From Gammaproteobacteria bacterium (GTDB lineage Bacteria > Pseudomonadota > Gammaproteobacteria > Steroidobacterales > GCA-2729495), in NCBI GenBank assembly GCA_013001905.1, contig JABDLC010000102.1, positions 279 to 64,278 of the forward strand: a DNA stretch of 64,000 bases, written 5' to 3'. The position numbers and the translations under genes were made by a program. Positions within the stretch are counted from its first letter, which is position 1; each line of letters starts with the position of its first letter. The notes under the pieces are model-generated. The model did not search any database. It had not been told where the DNA came from and was given only the letters and a program-made list of their open reading frames with translations. Shown in pieces: positions 1 to 30,400 of this stretch.

Positions 1-1
1 A

Positions 2-346
2 CAGCCGACCGTATTTGCCGACGTGACGATGGACATGACGGTCGCGCAGGAAGAAGTGTTCGGGCCGGTGCTTTCAATTCTCAAATGGTCTGAGCCTGAA
101 GAAGCGCTCGCGATGGCGAACCAGCTTGACCTCGGCCTGACGGCCGCGATTTTCACGCATGACATCACGACCGCTATGGACATGGCGCGCAGGGTTGAGT
201 CCGGGTGCGTCTGGATCAACGGTACAGGTCGTCATTACATGGGAACTGGCTTCGCCGGCTGGAAAAACAGCGGTCTCGGTCGCGAAGAGTGTCTCGAAGA
301 AGTGCTTAGCTATACACGTTCCAAAGCTATACATATCATCATGTGA
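2..346 (+). CDS. Aldehyde dehydrogenase family protein, C-terminal ~115 aa (5' end outside window)
   Basis: Frame is open to the left edge (QPTVFADV...). ALDH motifs EEVFGPV and GWKNSGLGRE are present. Stop TGA at 344-346. Confidence 0.85.
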   Translation, partial: QPTVFADVTMDMTVAQEEVFGPVLSILKWSEPEEALAMANQLDLGLTAAIFTHDITTAMDMARRVESGCVWINGTGRHYMGTGFAGWKNSGLGREECLEEVLSYTRSKAIHIIM

Positions 347-415
347 TATTGGGCCGTGAGCAGAGCTTCGGCATAATGCCCTTGCGTGTAGCCACGCTTA
401 ATCAACCAGGAACGA

Positions 416-1795
416 TTGACGGAGAGCAGCCGGGTGGCAGAACAACAGCAGGGCATTAAGGTCGGGTTTCTGGAACTGGCGCCGGGCGTTTCGCGGGTCA
501 ATTTATACACTTACCTCTACTGTGCGTTTGCCACGATCGGTCTGCTGACCTTTGTGTCGACCGGCACCACACAGGTGCTGAACGCGATCGGCATTCCGAC
601 CTCCGCGCATGGCGGTGTCACCAGCCAGCTGGTTATCGTCACCGAGATCGTGCAGATACTGATCTTCGGCGCCGTCGGCGTGCTGGCCGACCGGGTCGGT
701 CGCCGGGAAGTCGCCGCTGTGGGTATCGCTTTGATGGGCGTCGGTTATGCGCTGTATCCGTTCGCTGAATCCGTCAATGAACTGCTGGTGTACCGCGCCA
801 TCTATGCGTTCGGCCTCGGTGCGTCCACAGGCATGGTCGGCACCCTGGTTGCCGATTATCCGGCCAACAATTCGCGCGGCAAAATGGTTGCTGTTGGCGG
901 CATCTTCAACGGACTGGGTGTGGTGTTGATCACGGTGGTGTTCGGCACCCGGGTCGCACCCATGCTTGTGGAAGCGGGCTTCAGTCCGCTCGGCGCCACT
1001 CGGATCGCGCATGCTGTCGTGGCCATGACGTGCTTTGTTTCCGCCATTATTTTCTTTCTGGGCCTGAAGAAAGGTACGCCGGCCAAAAAAGAAGAGCGGC
1101 CGCCGACGCGCGAGCTGATCGTGGGGGGATTTACCGAAGCTGTGAAGAACCCGCGTATCGCGCTCAGCTACTGCTGCGGTTTTGTGGCGCGCAGTGATCA
1201 GGTGATTCTCGGTACGTTCACGGTGCTGTGGGGCGCCAAGGTTGGTGTCGATGCCGGCATGGACTACGCGACGGCATCCGGCAAAGGCGCGCTGATCTTT
1301 GCCATCGCCGGCACCTCGTCACTGATCTGGTTGCCGGTGCTGGGTATCTTCAGCGACCGCTTTAACCGCGTAAGTTTCGTCATCATCTGTATGGTGATGG
1401 CCGCACTGGGTTACGGTGCTGTTTATTTCGTCGACGAAACAACGATGTTCACTGACAGTGGTTTCCCGTTGAGCGGGCAGGCCTCGCTGCTGTTTATGCT
1501 GATGGGCGCTGGTCAGATCAGCGCTTTCATGGGCGCAACCTTGCTGATCAGTCAGGAAGCGCCATTACGAAAACGTGGCGCGGTCGTCGGTATGTTTAAT
1601 ACCTGTGGTGCGATTGGCATCTTCGTCTGCGTCGCCATAGGCGGCTGGCTGTTTGACAGTGTCGGTGGCTGGGGGCCCTTCGTGCTCATTGCTGCACTGA
1701 ATGGGGTGGTCGTGGTGCTGGCGATCATCACCCGGATCCTGTCTCCCGGCGCGATGCCGGGCGAATTGTCCAAGGAAACCATCGCGGCTCACTAG
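416..1795 (+). CDS. MFS transporter (about 12 TM segments)
   Basis: 459-aa ORF, hydrophobic throughout. MFS motif-A-like GVLADRVGRREV after TM2. Start is uncertain (TTG 416 or GTG 434 with SD). Confidence 0.85.
   Translation: MTESSRVAEQQQGIKVGFLELAPGVSRVNLYTYLYCAFATIGLLTFVSTGTTQVLNAIGIPTSAHGGVTSQLVIVTEIVQILIFGAVGVLADRVGRREVAAVGIALMGVGYALYPFAESVNELLVYRAIYAFGLGASTGMVGTLVADYPANNSRGKMVAVGGIFNGLGVVLITVVFGTRVAPMLVEAGFSPLGATRIAHAVVAMTCFVSAIIFFLGLKKGTPAKKEERPPTRELIVGGFTEAVKNPRIALSYCCGFVARSDQVILGTFTVLWGAKVGVDAGMDYATASGKGALIFAIAGTSSLIWLPVLGIFSDRFNRVSFVIICMVMAALGYGAVYFVDETTMFTDSGFPLSGQASLLFMLMGAGQISAFMGATLLISQEAPLRKRGAVVGMFNTCGAIGIFVCVAIGGWLFDSVGGWGPFVLIAALNGVVVVLAIITRILSPGAMPGELSKETIAAH
421..426 (+). 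promoter_or_regulatory. Shine-Dalgarno-like GGAGAG, 7 nt upstream of in-frame GTG at 434
   Basis: GGAGAGcagccggGTG read directly. This suggests the MFS gene starts at GTG 434 rather than TTG 416. Confidence 0.5.
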
Positions 1796-1816
1796 CGGCT
1801 CACTGGCAGGCCCCGG

Positions 1817-2776
1817 ATGACCACTTCTGTCGCAACTCTGATTCTCGCCGTTGCGGCAAATCTGTCTGTTGCGCTGAGCCAGATGGCCGGTGCCGAAGCT
1901 GCAGAGGCCCGTGTTGAGGTCGCAACCCATGAACTGACTGTGGGTGAGCGACCTGTACCGATGCGCATACTCTATCGATCCGGCGATAAGGCTCGCGCTG
2001 TGATTATTCTCTCGCACGGCACTTTCTCATCGGGGAGGAAATACGATGCGGTTGCGCGGCCCTGGGCGGCGCGCGGCTACGTTGTCATCTTGCCGGACCA
2101 TCGTGATGCAGATTTCGGCACAGTGCCGCGCAGCGTGAACGATATGATGGGCATTATCGAGAGCCGCGTAGACGACGTTCGCAGTATTGCGACGGCGCTT
2201 CCCTCGATTGCGGCAGCGCTGGATCAGTCTGCCGCCGACTGGGCGTCAGCGCCGCTCTATGCTGCAGGCCATTCGGTGGGCACGCAGGTCGCGATGCAGG
2301 TAACCGGGCTGCAGATTCGTCATCCCGAAACCGGAGCGGTGACAGGCTACCCGGAAAGCCGGTTTGACGGTGCAATACTGCTAAGCGATCCCGGAAAAAT
2401 GGCGGCAATGCCCGATCACGTCTGGGAGGCCGGCAATCAGCCGGTGTTCATGGCGACCGGTCCGGAAGACGTCGGATTGATGGGTGACGGCCGGCGTGAT
2501 TTAGGTTTCGAGAACGAAGTCCTGATGCCGGCGGATGCCGATGACCGGTACCGGGTGCTGTTGTCGATTGAGGGGCTTGATCATCAGTTCGGCGGCCTCG
2601 TGCAGAAGGAAACTGAGGGCGACCCGGATCATCATGCACTGCAGTTGTTTGTGCAGCAGTCGCTGCAGTTTCTGGCGCGCTGTGATGCAGACTCGGTCGC
2701 ACCGGCACCCGGCCGGCTCAGTGACCGAGCTGTCGTTAGCGTGACGGCAGGGAGGAACGGCGGACGCGGGTGCTGA
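1817..2776 (+). CDS. Secreted alpha/beta hydrolase (dienelactone-hydrolase / PAF-acetylhydrolase-like)
   Basis: 319 aa. N-terminal signal-like MTTSVATLILAVAANLSVALSQMAGAEA. Oxyanion-region ILSHGTFSSG and nucleophile elbow GHSVG. The 3' end overlaps the convergent gene by 41 nt. Confidence 0.7.
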   Translation: MTTSVATLILAVAANLSVALSQMAGAEAAEARVEVATHELTVGERPVPMRILYRSGDKARAVIILSHGTFSSGRKYDAVARPWAARGYVVILPDHRDADFGTVPRSVNDMMGIIESRVDDVRSIATALPSIAAALDQSAADWASAPLYAAGHSVGTQVAMQVTGLQIRHPETGAVTGYPESRFDGAILLSDPGKMAAMPDHVWEAGNQPVFMATGPEDVGLMGDGRRDLGFENEVLMPADADDRYRVLLSIEGLDHQFGGLVQKETEGDPDHHALQLFVQQSLQFLARCDADSVAPAPGRLSDRAVVSVTAGRNGGRGC

Positions 2777-3482
2777 ACAGGCGGATAAACTCGCCGAACA
2801 GTTGTTCGCCCAGCCGCATACTTGGCCCGATGTAATCCACAGTGTCCGCGCGAATTCCATCGGCTGTAATATCCGGTTCAAGGTCTTCAAGTTCGCGAAT
2901 GTGTGCCGGCGTTTTCAGCCAGCGTTCGATCAGCGCGGCATCCACCTCAAGGTGAAACTGCAGCCCGTAGACCCGGTCGCCGTAGCGAAATGCCTGATTG
3001 GTGCAATCAGGTGAGCTGGCCAGATGCACAGCATCGTGTGGAATCTCGAAGGTGTCACCGTGCCACTGGAAAATCTTCTCCGTACCCTGAAAAAACCGAA
3101 ACAGCGGATCGCTTTGCCCCTCGGTCGTCGGTGATACGTCGTACCAGCCGATTTCCTTGACGGGACTGCGGCGTACCTGAGCGTGCAGGGCTGCGGCGAT
3201 GAGCTGCGCACCGAGGCAGATGCCGAGTATCGGCATCTGCCGGTCCATCGCGGTGCGGATGGCCGCGATCTCGGTCTCGAGGTGCGGGTAATTCTCACGC
3301 TGGCTGAGGCACATTGGTCCGCCCAGCACGATCAGGCCGTCGTATTTTTCGACATTGGGCTGTGCCTCCGGCGTGCGGCCAAAATTGATATAGCGGATGC
3401 GGAACCCGGCCTCCTTCAATTGCGGATTGAAAGTGCCGAGGATTTCGTGCGGCACATGCTGAAAGACAAGTAAACGCTTCAT
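2736..3482 (-). CDS. Class I glutamine amidotransferase (GMP-synthase-like GATase domain protein)
   Basis: 248 aa. Motifs LIVLGGPM and ILGICLGAQL (nucleophile Cys), plus QWHGDTF and QFHLE (His/Glu region). Confidence 0.85.
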   Translation of the reverse strand: MKRLLVFQHVPHEILGTFNPQLKEAGFRIRYINFGRTPEAQPNVEKYDGLIVLGGPMCLSQRENYPHLETEIAAIRTAMDRQMPILGICLGAQLIAAALHAQVRRSPVKEIGWYDVSPTTEGQSDPLFRFFQGTEKIFQWHGDTFEIPHDAVHLASSPDCTNQAFRYGDRVYGLQFHLEVDAALIERWLKTPAHIRELEDLEPDITADGIRADTVDYIGPSMRLGEQLFGEFIRLFSTRVRRSSLPSR

Positions 3483-3580
3483 GGCAGAGAGTGTGTGCAG
3501 ATAGTCCCGACAAGATGGTGTATCGTTCGCTGGGTGTCAATCGACAGGGCATCGGTTTTGCTAGACTGGTGCGAGTTGCG

Positions 3581-3586
3581 AGGAGG
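3581..3586 (+). promoter_or_regulatory. Shine-Dalgarno AGGAGG, 8 nt upstream of ATG 3595
   Basis: AGGAGGgcgagtcaATG read directly. Confidence 0.7.
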
Positions 3587-3594
3587 GCGAGTCA

Positions 3595-4011
3595 ATGGAT
3601 TTCACGATAAATTTTGATGCGATCAATCTGCTGGTGGTATTTGCCGCGACTGTGGTCGCGAATATTCTTGGCGGGCTTTGGTATTCACCCTTTCTGTTCG
3701 GCAATATCTGGCGTAAGGCCCTCGGCAAAACCGGTCAACCGGAGCCGATGACCAATCCCGCGGGGACCTTTATCGCCGGATTCGTACTGCAGCTTATTGC
3801 GGCGTCACTGCTGGCTGCCATGCTGGGCCCGGGTGCCGGCGCGGCTGAAGGCATACAACTGGGCACACTGCTGGCGTTCGCGTTCGTGTTTACAGCGACC
3901 GCGCTCAACAATCTCTTCGAGCGGCGCACGCTGATCATCATTTTTGTCAATGCCGGCTACCACGTGGTGGCGATGGGCTGCATGGGTGCGATTATCGGCA
4001 CCTGGGGCTGA
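3595..4011 (+). CDS. DUF1761-family small membrane protein
   Basis: 138 aa with about 4 TM segments. N-terminal pattern LGGLWYSPFLFGNIWRKALG is typical of DUF1761. Strong SD upstream. Confidence 0.65.
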   Translation: MDFTINFDAINLLVVFAATVVANILGGLWYSPFLFGNIWRKALGKTGQPEPMTNPAGTFIAGFVLQLIAASLLAAMLGPGAGAAEGIQLGTLLAFAFVFTATALNNLFERRTLIIIFVNAGYHVVAMGCMGAIIGTWG

Positions 4012-4021
4012 ATCCGACAGC

Positions 4022-5263
4022 CTACGGGCGGGGCGGCCTGATCAATTGTGCACCGCGTACAACCGCGAGCAACACGCACGCAAACAGGAACGCAAACGGG
4101 GCGCCGGGCGACATGGTCACGGCCAGGTAGCCTGCGAACGCCGGGCCCAGCACGCGTCCGAGCAGTGACGCACCGTTGGCGAAACCAAGAGCCAGCCCCT
4201 GATCGCGTTCGTCGATCTCGCGGGACAGCAGTGTCAGGATCGTCGTGGCCCAGAAGCCGTTACCCATCGACGAGACAAACAGGCCGGTTAGTGCGATGAC
4301 GGTTTCGCCCTGAAACAGCAGGAATACTGCCAACCCGAAGGCATCAATTAAAGTACCCGCAAACACCGTCTTTTCGGCGCCGAAACGCCGTGTCATCGGC
4401 TTCAGCAGCGCACCGCTGCCAACCGCAAATCCCAGCCCGATCAGCGCGCCGGACCAGGCGATGTACTGTGCTGACCAGTTCATGGTCAGATCGGCCCACA
4501 TCGCAAACGCAAACTGCAGACTGCCCTGTATGAACCCGGAAATCAGGAAAAACAGAATCGCAACGATCACGGCGGCGTGAAAAATTGCATCGCTGAACTG
4601 GCGCCGATGGTCGCCCGGTTCACGTTCTTTTTCCTCGTAGTCGTCCGGATGCCACGATTCGCGGAAGCGGAAAATGATCACGACTGCGGCAATCAGATTG
4701 ACGGTGATGCCGAGCAGGGACGGCATGACATGATTAAAGCCGGCGCCGGGCAGGCCAATAGCTGTGCGCAGCTGGCCGATCATGCTGTCGGGGTTTTCGC
4801 CCATAAACAGGCCGCCGATAATCGGGCCGATCGTGAACGCAATGGCCATTGCAGCAGTCACTTCGCCCATGCGGCCGGACAGCTCTTTGCGATCGCTGAC
4901 ATCGCTCGCAACCGCGAAGCCGACGCCCCGCGGGGTGCCCGCCAGGCCCTGCATTGCCCGACCGATCAGCAATCCCAGCCACGACGTGCTGAACGCAAAC
5001 ACGGTGAAGGCCAGAGCTCCGCCGAGCAGCGTAGCGATTAGTATGGGCTTGCGGCCGTAGCGATCACTCATCCGGCCCCAGAATGGTGATACCAGCATAC
5101 TGGTCAACGGGTAAATGCCCACGAGCAGCCCGAGTTGAGTTGCGCTGATGCCGAATGCCGTGCCGAAGCTCGGCATCATCGGCAAAATCAATGTGGCGGG
5201 AATGGAGCTGACAAATACCGCGAGCAGCAGCGCGCGAAAGCTCGAGCGTTGTGCGGTGTCCAC
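4022..5263 (-). CDS. MFS efflux transporter (DHA1-like, 12 TM), last gene of the NRPS gene string
   Basis: 413 aa. MFS motif A GRMSDRYGRKPIL. GTG start lies 3 nt after the stop of the upstream hydrolase gene. Confidence 0.85.
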   Translation of the reverse strand: MDTAQRSSFRALLLAVFVSSIPATLILPMMPSFGTAFGISATQLGLLVGIYPLTSMLVSPFWGRMSDRYGRKPILIATLLGGALAFTVFAFSTSWLGLLIGRAMQGLAGTPRGVGFAVASDVSDRKELSGRMGEVTAAMAIAFTIGPIIGGLFMGENPDSMIGQLRTAIGLPGAGFNHVMPSLLGITVNLIAAVVIIFRFRESWHPDDYEEKEREPGDHRRQFSDAIFHAAVIVAILFFLISGFIQGSLQFAFAMWADLTMNWSAQYIAWSGALIGLGFAVGSGALLKPMTRRFGAEKTVFAGTLIDAFGLAVFLLFQGETVIALTGLFVSSMGNGFWATTILTLLSREIDERDQGLALGFANGASLLGRVLGPAFAGYLAVTMSPGAPFAFLFACVLLAVVRGAQLIRPPRP

Positions 5264-5266
5264 GCG

Positions 5267-6058
5267 TCAGTGCGCCGCTTTGTCGAGATTCAGTTCAAAC
5301 GAATCAGCGTCTTTCCAGGCCGGAAATTTTTCTCGATACCGCTGCAGATCGGCCAGGCTCAGGGTTGCCCGCAACGTTGTCGGGTCTTTGTCAGCGATTG
5401 CCAGGTGCTTGCCCAGGTAGTCGCAGACCATACTGGTGCCGCCGTTTTCAATTCCCTTGCCGTCGGTGCCGGTGCGATTGACGCCTGCCGAGTAGCTCAG
5501 GTTTTCGACGGCCCGCGCGGGCAGCAGTGTCTCCCATGCTGACAATCTGGCGGCAGGCCAGTTGGCTACATACAGCAGCAGATCATAGTCCCCGCGGTTG
5601 CGGCTCCACACGGGGAAGCGCAGGTCGTAACAAACCATAGGGCAGATGCGCCAGTCACCCAGGCGCACAATAATCCGCTCGCGACCGGGCGTGTAGCGAT
5701 CGTGTTCGCCACCCATCCTGAACAGATGACGCTTGTCATAGGTGCGTAAATCGCCATCCGCCGTTGCCCAGATCAGGCGGTTAAAGTGGCGTCCGTCGTC
5801 CGCAATGATGATGCTGCCGCACAGATCAACCTTAAGCTCGGACGCAAGCCTGCGCATCCAGCCCACGGTATCACCGTCCATGGTTTCGGCAACCTGCGCA
5901 GCTTCCATGGTGTAGCCGGTTGTGAAGGTTTCCGGCAGCAGCAGCAGATCACTCCCGTCCGCTTCCTTCCGGATCAGTTCCTCAAGCACAGCACGATTCC
6001 CCGCGGGGTCGTGCCACAGTAAAGGTGTTTGCAGCAGCTTCAGGTTCAGATCTTGCAT
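5267..6058 (-). CDS. yafV: Carbon-nitrogen hydrolase, YafV-like omega-amidase (2-oxoglutaramate amidase family)
   Basis: 263 aa. Nitrilase-superfamily triad context LLLLPETF (Glu), YDKRHLF (Lys), VCYDLRFPVWSRN (Cys). Also LYVANWPA and YREKFPAWKDAD, which closely follow E. coli YafV as I recall it. ATG lies 5 nt after the NRPS-D stop. Confidence 0.88.
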   Translation of the reverse strand: MQDLNLKLLQTPLLWHDPAGNRAVLEELIRKEADGSDLLLLPETFTTGYTMEAAQVAETMDGDTVGWMRRLASELKVDLCGSIIIADDGRHFNRLIWATADGDLRTYDKRHLFRMGGEHDRYTPGRERIIVRLGDWRICPMVCYDLRFPVWSRNRGDYDLLLYVANWPAARLSAWETLLPARAVENLSYSAGVNRTGTDGKGIENGGTSMVCDYLGKHLAIADKDPTTLRATLSLADLQRYREKFPAWKDADSFELNLDKAAH

Positions 6059-6063
6059 GGGTT

Positions 6064-27434
<21,371 letters not shown>

Positions 27435-27438
<4 letters not shown>

Positions 27439-30400
27439 AGCTCGAACTCCTCGCGATCTTCGTCATCTTCGGCTTCTGTTGCATCCTGCAGTTCCCCGGC
27501 CATTTGCAGGGCTTGTATAGCGGCGGCGAGCAACTCGGGGGTCGGGTTGCGAAAGACATATTTTAACGGCAGGTCGACGCCCATGGCGGCCCGAATTCTG
27601 GCCGTTAGCTGCGTTGCCAGAAGCGAGTGGCCGCCTAGTGCAAAGAAGTCATGGGTCACGCCGGCATCCGTCAGCCCCAACACTTCTTTCCATAACCCGA
27701 CCAGTTGCTCTTCGGTCGCGTTACGCGGCGCCACGGTGGTGCCCGCCGTATCTGCATAATCCGGCACGGGCAGGGCGCGGCGCGCCAGTTTGCCGCTGGG
27801 TGTTAAAGGCAGTGCGTCGAGCCGGACAATCACTGAAGGCACCATGAATTCCGGCAGCTGATCGCGCAGATACTGCCGCAGCGCTGTCGTGTCGGCTGCA
27901 TCGTCGGCGGTATTGTCAGCCGCGACAACGTAAGCCACCAGCCGTTTATCACCCGGCGCGTCTTCACGAATGATCACGACAGCCTGTCGCACATCGGCAT
28001 GGCGGCTGAGCGCGGTCTCGATTTCACCCGGCTCAATGCGGAAACCACGCCATTTCACCTGATCATCGGTGCGACCCAGGTAGTCGAGATTGCCATCCGC
28101 GCGCAGCCGCACACGATCGCCCGTGCGGTAAATCCGGTTGCCATCGCGCCAGGGATCGGGACCAAACTTCTCAGCAGTCAGTTCCGCCCGGTTCAGATAG
28201 CCGCGGGCAATCTGCCGGCCACCCAGATAGAGTTCGCCGGGCACGCCGACCGGCAGCGGTTGGCGCTGTTTATTGAGTACATAAACCTGTGTATTGGCCA
28301 CCGGCGTGCCGATCGGCGGCAGCGCCGGCCAGTTGTGCGGGTCACCTTCCATCGTGTACGCCGTCGTCACGTGTGTCTCGGACGGCCCGTAGTGGTTGTG
28401 CAGGCGCGCACCCGGCAGTTGCACGAACATGTCACGCACCGCAGGCGTTACCTGCAACTGCTCGCCCGCCACGATGACGTCTTTGATGCAGTAGTCATGG
28501 CTGCCTTCAGCGACGGCCTCAGCCAGCGGCTGCAGAGCGGCGAACGGCAGGTATACACGGTCAATTCGTTGCCGGCTGATATGTTGCGCCAGCGCGGGCA
28601 TGTCGCGACGTGATTCTTCATCGATCAACACGACGCAGCCGCCCTGAGCCCAGGTGGTAAACAGCTCCTGAAAGCTCACGTCGAAGCTCAGCGATGCAAA
28701 TTGCAGCGTGCGCGCCGCTGCATCAAGCCCCGGTTGTGCGTTTTGCCACTGAACCAGATTGGAGAGATTGATGTGTGTGAGCTCAACGCCTTTCGGCTTG
28801 CCGGTCGAACCCGATGTGTAGATCACATACACCGACCCGTCGGCATAATTGTCGATAGCCTGATTGTGGATAGCCGAATTGTCGACGCCGTCCTGCCAGT
28901 CATGCTGATCGAGCAGCAGGGTTGCGGCGTCATGTGCGGGCAAATCGTCAGCCAGTGCTGTTTCCGTCAGCAGCGCAACCGCTGCCGCATCATCCAGCAT
29001 CGTGGCGATACGCTCAGCCGGGTAATTCGGGTCGACAGGTACGTAAGCTGCGCCGGTCTTCAGTGTGGCAAGCACGCCGATGGCCGTTGCGATGCTCCGC
29101 CCGGCACAGATGCCTACCCGTGTGCCGGGTGCGGCACCGGCATCCTGCAGTGCGCGTGCCAACGAATTTGCGCGGCTGTTCAGTTCGCGATAACTCAGCG
29201 TGGTATCACCATCGCTCAGCGCGTCAGCATCCGGTGTTGCAGCGGCCTGTCGTTCGACAAGCGCAGTTACGCTAAGTGCTTCAGTATCAGCGTCCGCACG
29301 GTTGCTTGCATCGAGCAGCTGATCGCGGTCGGACTCGCTGAGTAACGGAATCTGCGACAGCGGGCGTGCGGGATTGTCGGCGATGCCTTTCAGCAACGTC
29401 GCGAAGTGATCGAGCATGCCGCTGATAGTGGTGGCGTCAAACAGATCGGTGTTGTACTGCAGGCCGGTCCGCAGGCCGTCAGGTGTTTCGGCCATTTCCA
29501 GCAACAGGTCAAATTTCGCGATGCCCATTTCGAAGCCGACGGTGCGCGCCTGCGGTGAGCCGAAGTCGATATCGCCGTCGGGATTATTCTGCATGACAAA
29601 CATGACTTGAAAAATCGGTGCATGGCTCATCGCGCGCTCAGGCTGCAGCTCCTCGACCAGTTTTTCAAACGGCAGATCCTGATGCTCGTAGGCACCCAGC
29701 AGTGTTTCTCTCACCGCGCGCAGGTGGGTCGTAAATTCCGGGTCATCCTCCATGCGGGCGGGGATAGCCAACGTGTTGCTGAGGAAACCGATCAGCCCTT
29801 CGAGCTCGGTCCGCTGGCGGCCCGCAATCGGGGTGCCGACCACCACGTCAGTGCTTGATGCATAGGTGGCCAACAACACGTCGAATGCCGCAAGCAGCAG
29901 CATAAATAACGTGCAGCTTTGCTCACCGGCGAGCTGCTGCAGGCGTGCCTGCAATGCAGTGTCCAGCCAACGCACTTCGCTGGCACCGTTGAAAGTTTGC
30001 TCTGCGGGCCGCGGCCGGTCCGTCGGTAAGTCCAGCACCGGCGGCATCTCAGCAAGCTGCTGACGCCAGTACTCCAGTTGCGATTCGAGAGCGGGGCCCG
30101 CCAGCCAGCTGCGTTGCCAGGCCGCAAAATCCGCGTACTGAATCGGCAGCTGCGGCAGTGCCGCGTCGGTTTCGGCCACGGCGGCCCGGTACAGGGCGGC
30201 CAGTTCGCTGAGTACGATACCCAGTGACCAGCCGTCCGAGACGATATGGTGCATGACCAGCAGCAGGACGCGCTTCGCGGGCTGGTCGGTGTTGATCAAA
30301 TGTGCGCGGAGCAGGGGGCCGGCCGACAAATTAAACGGCAACTGTGAGAGTTCAGTCAGTTTTTCAAGCAACGGGTCCAGCGCCAGCGCTGCTTCGTGCC

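Noticed and set aside
2736-2776. A 41-nt convergent overlap between the alpha/beta hydrolase and glutamine amidotransferase genes, as a possible antisense regulatory arrangement.
   Set aside because: The hydrolase C-terminus (...VTAGRNGGRGC) is non-conserved-looking. The overlap is most simply explained by a slightly extended ORF end, and nothing else supports regulation.
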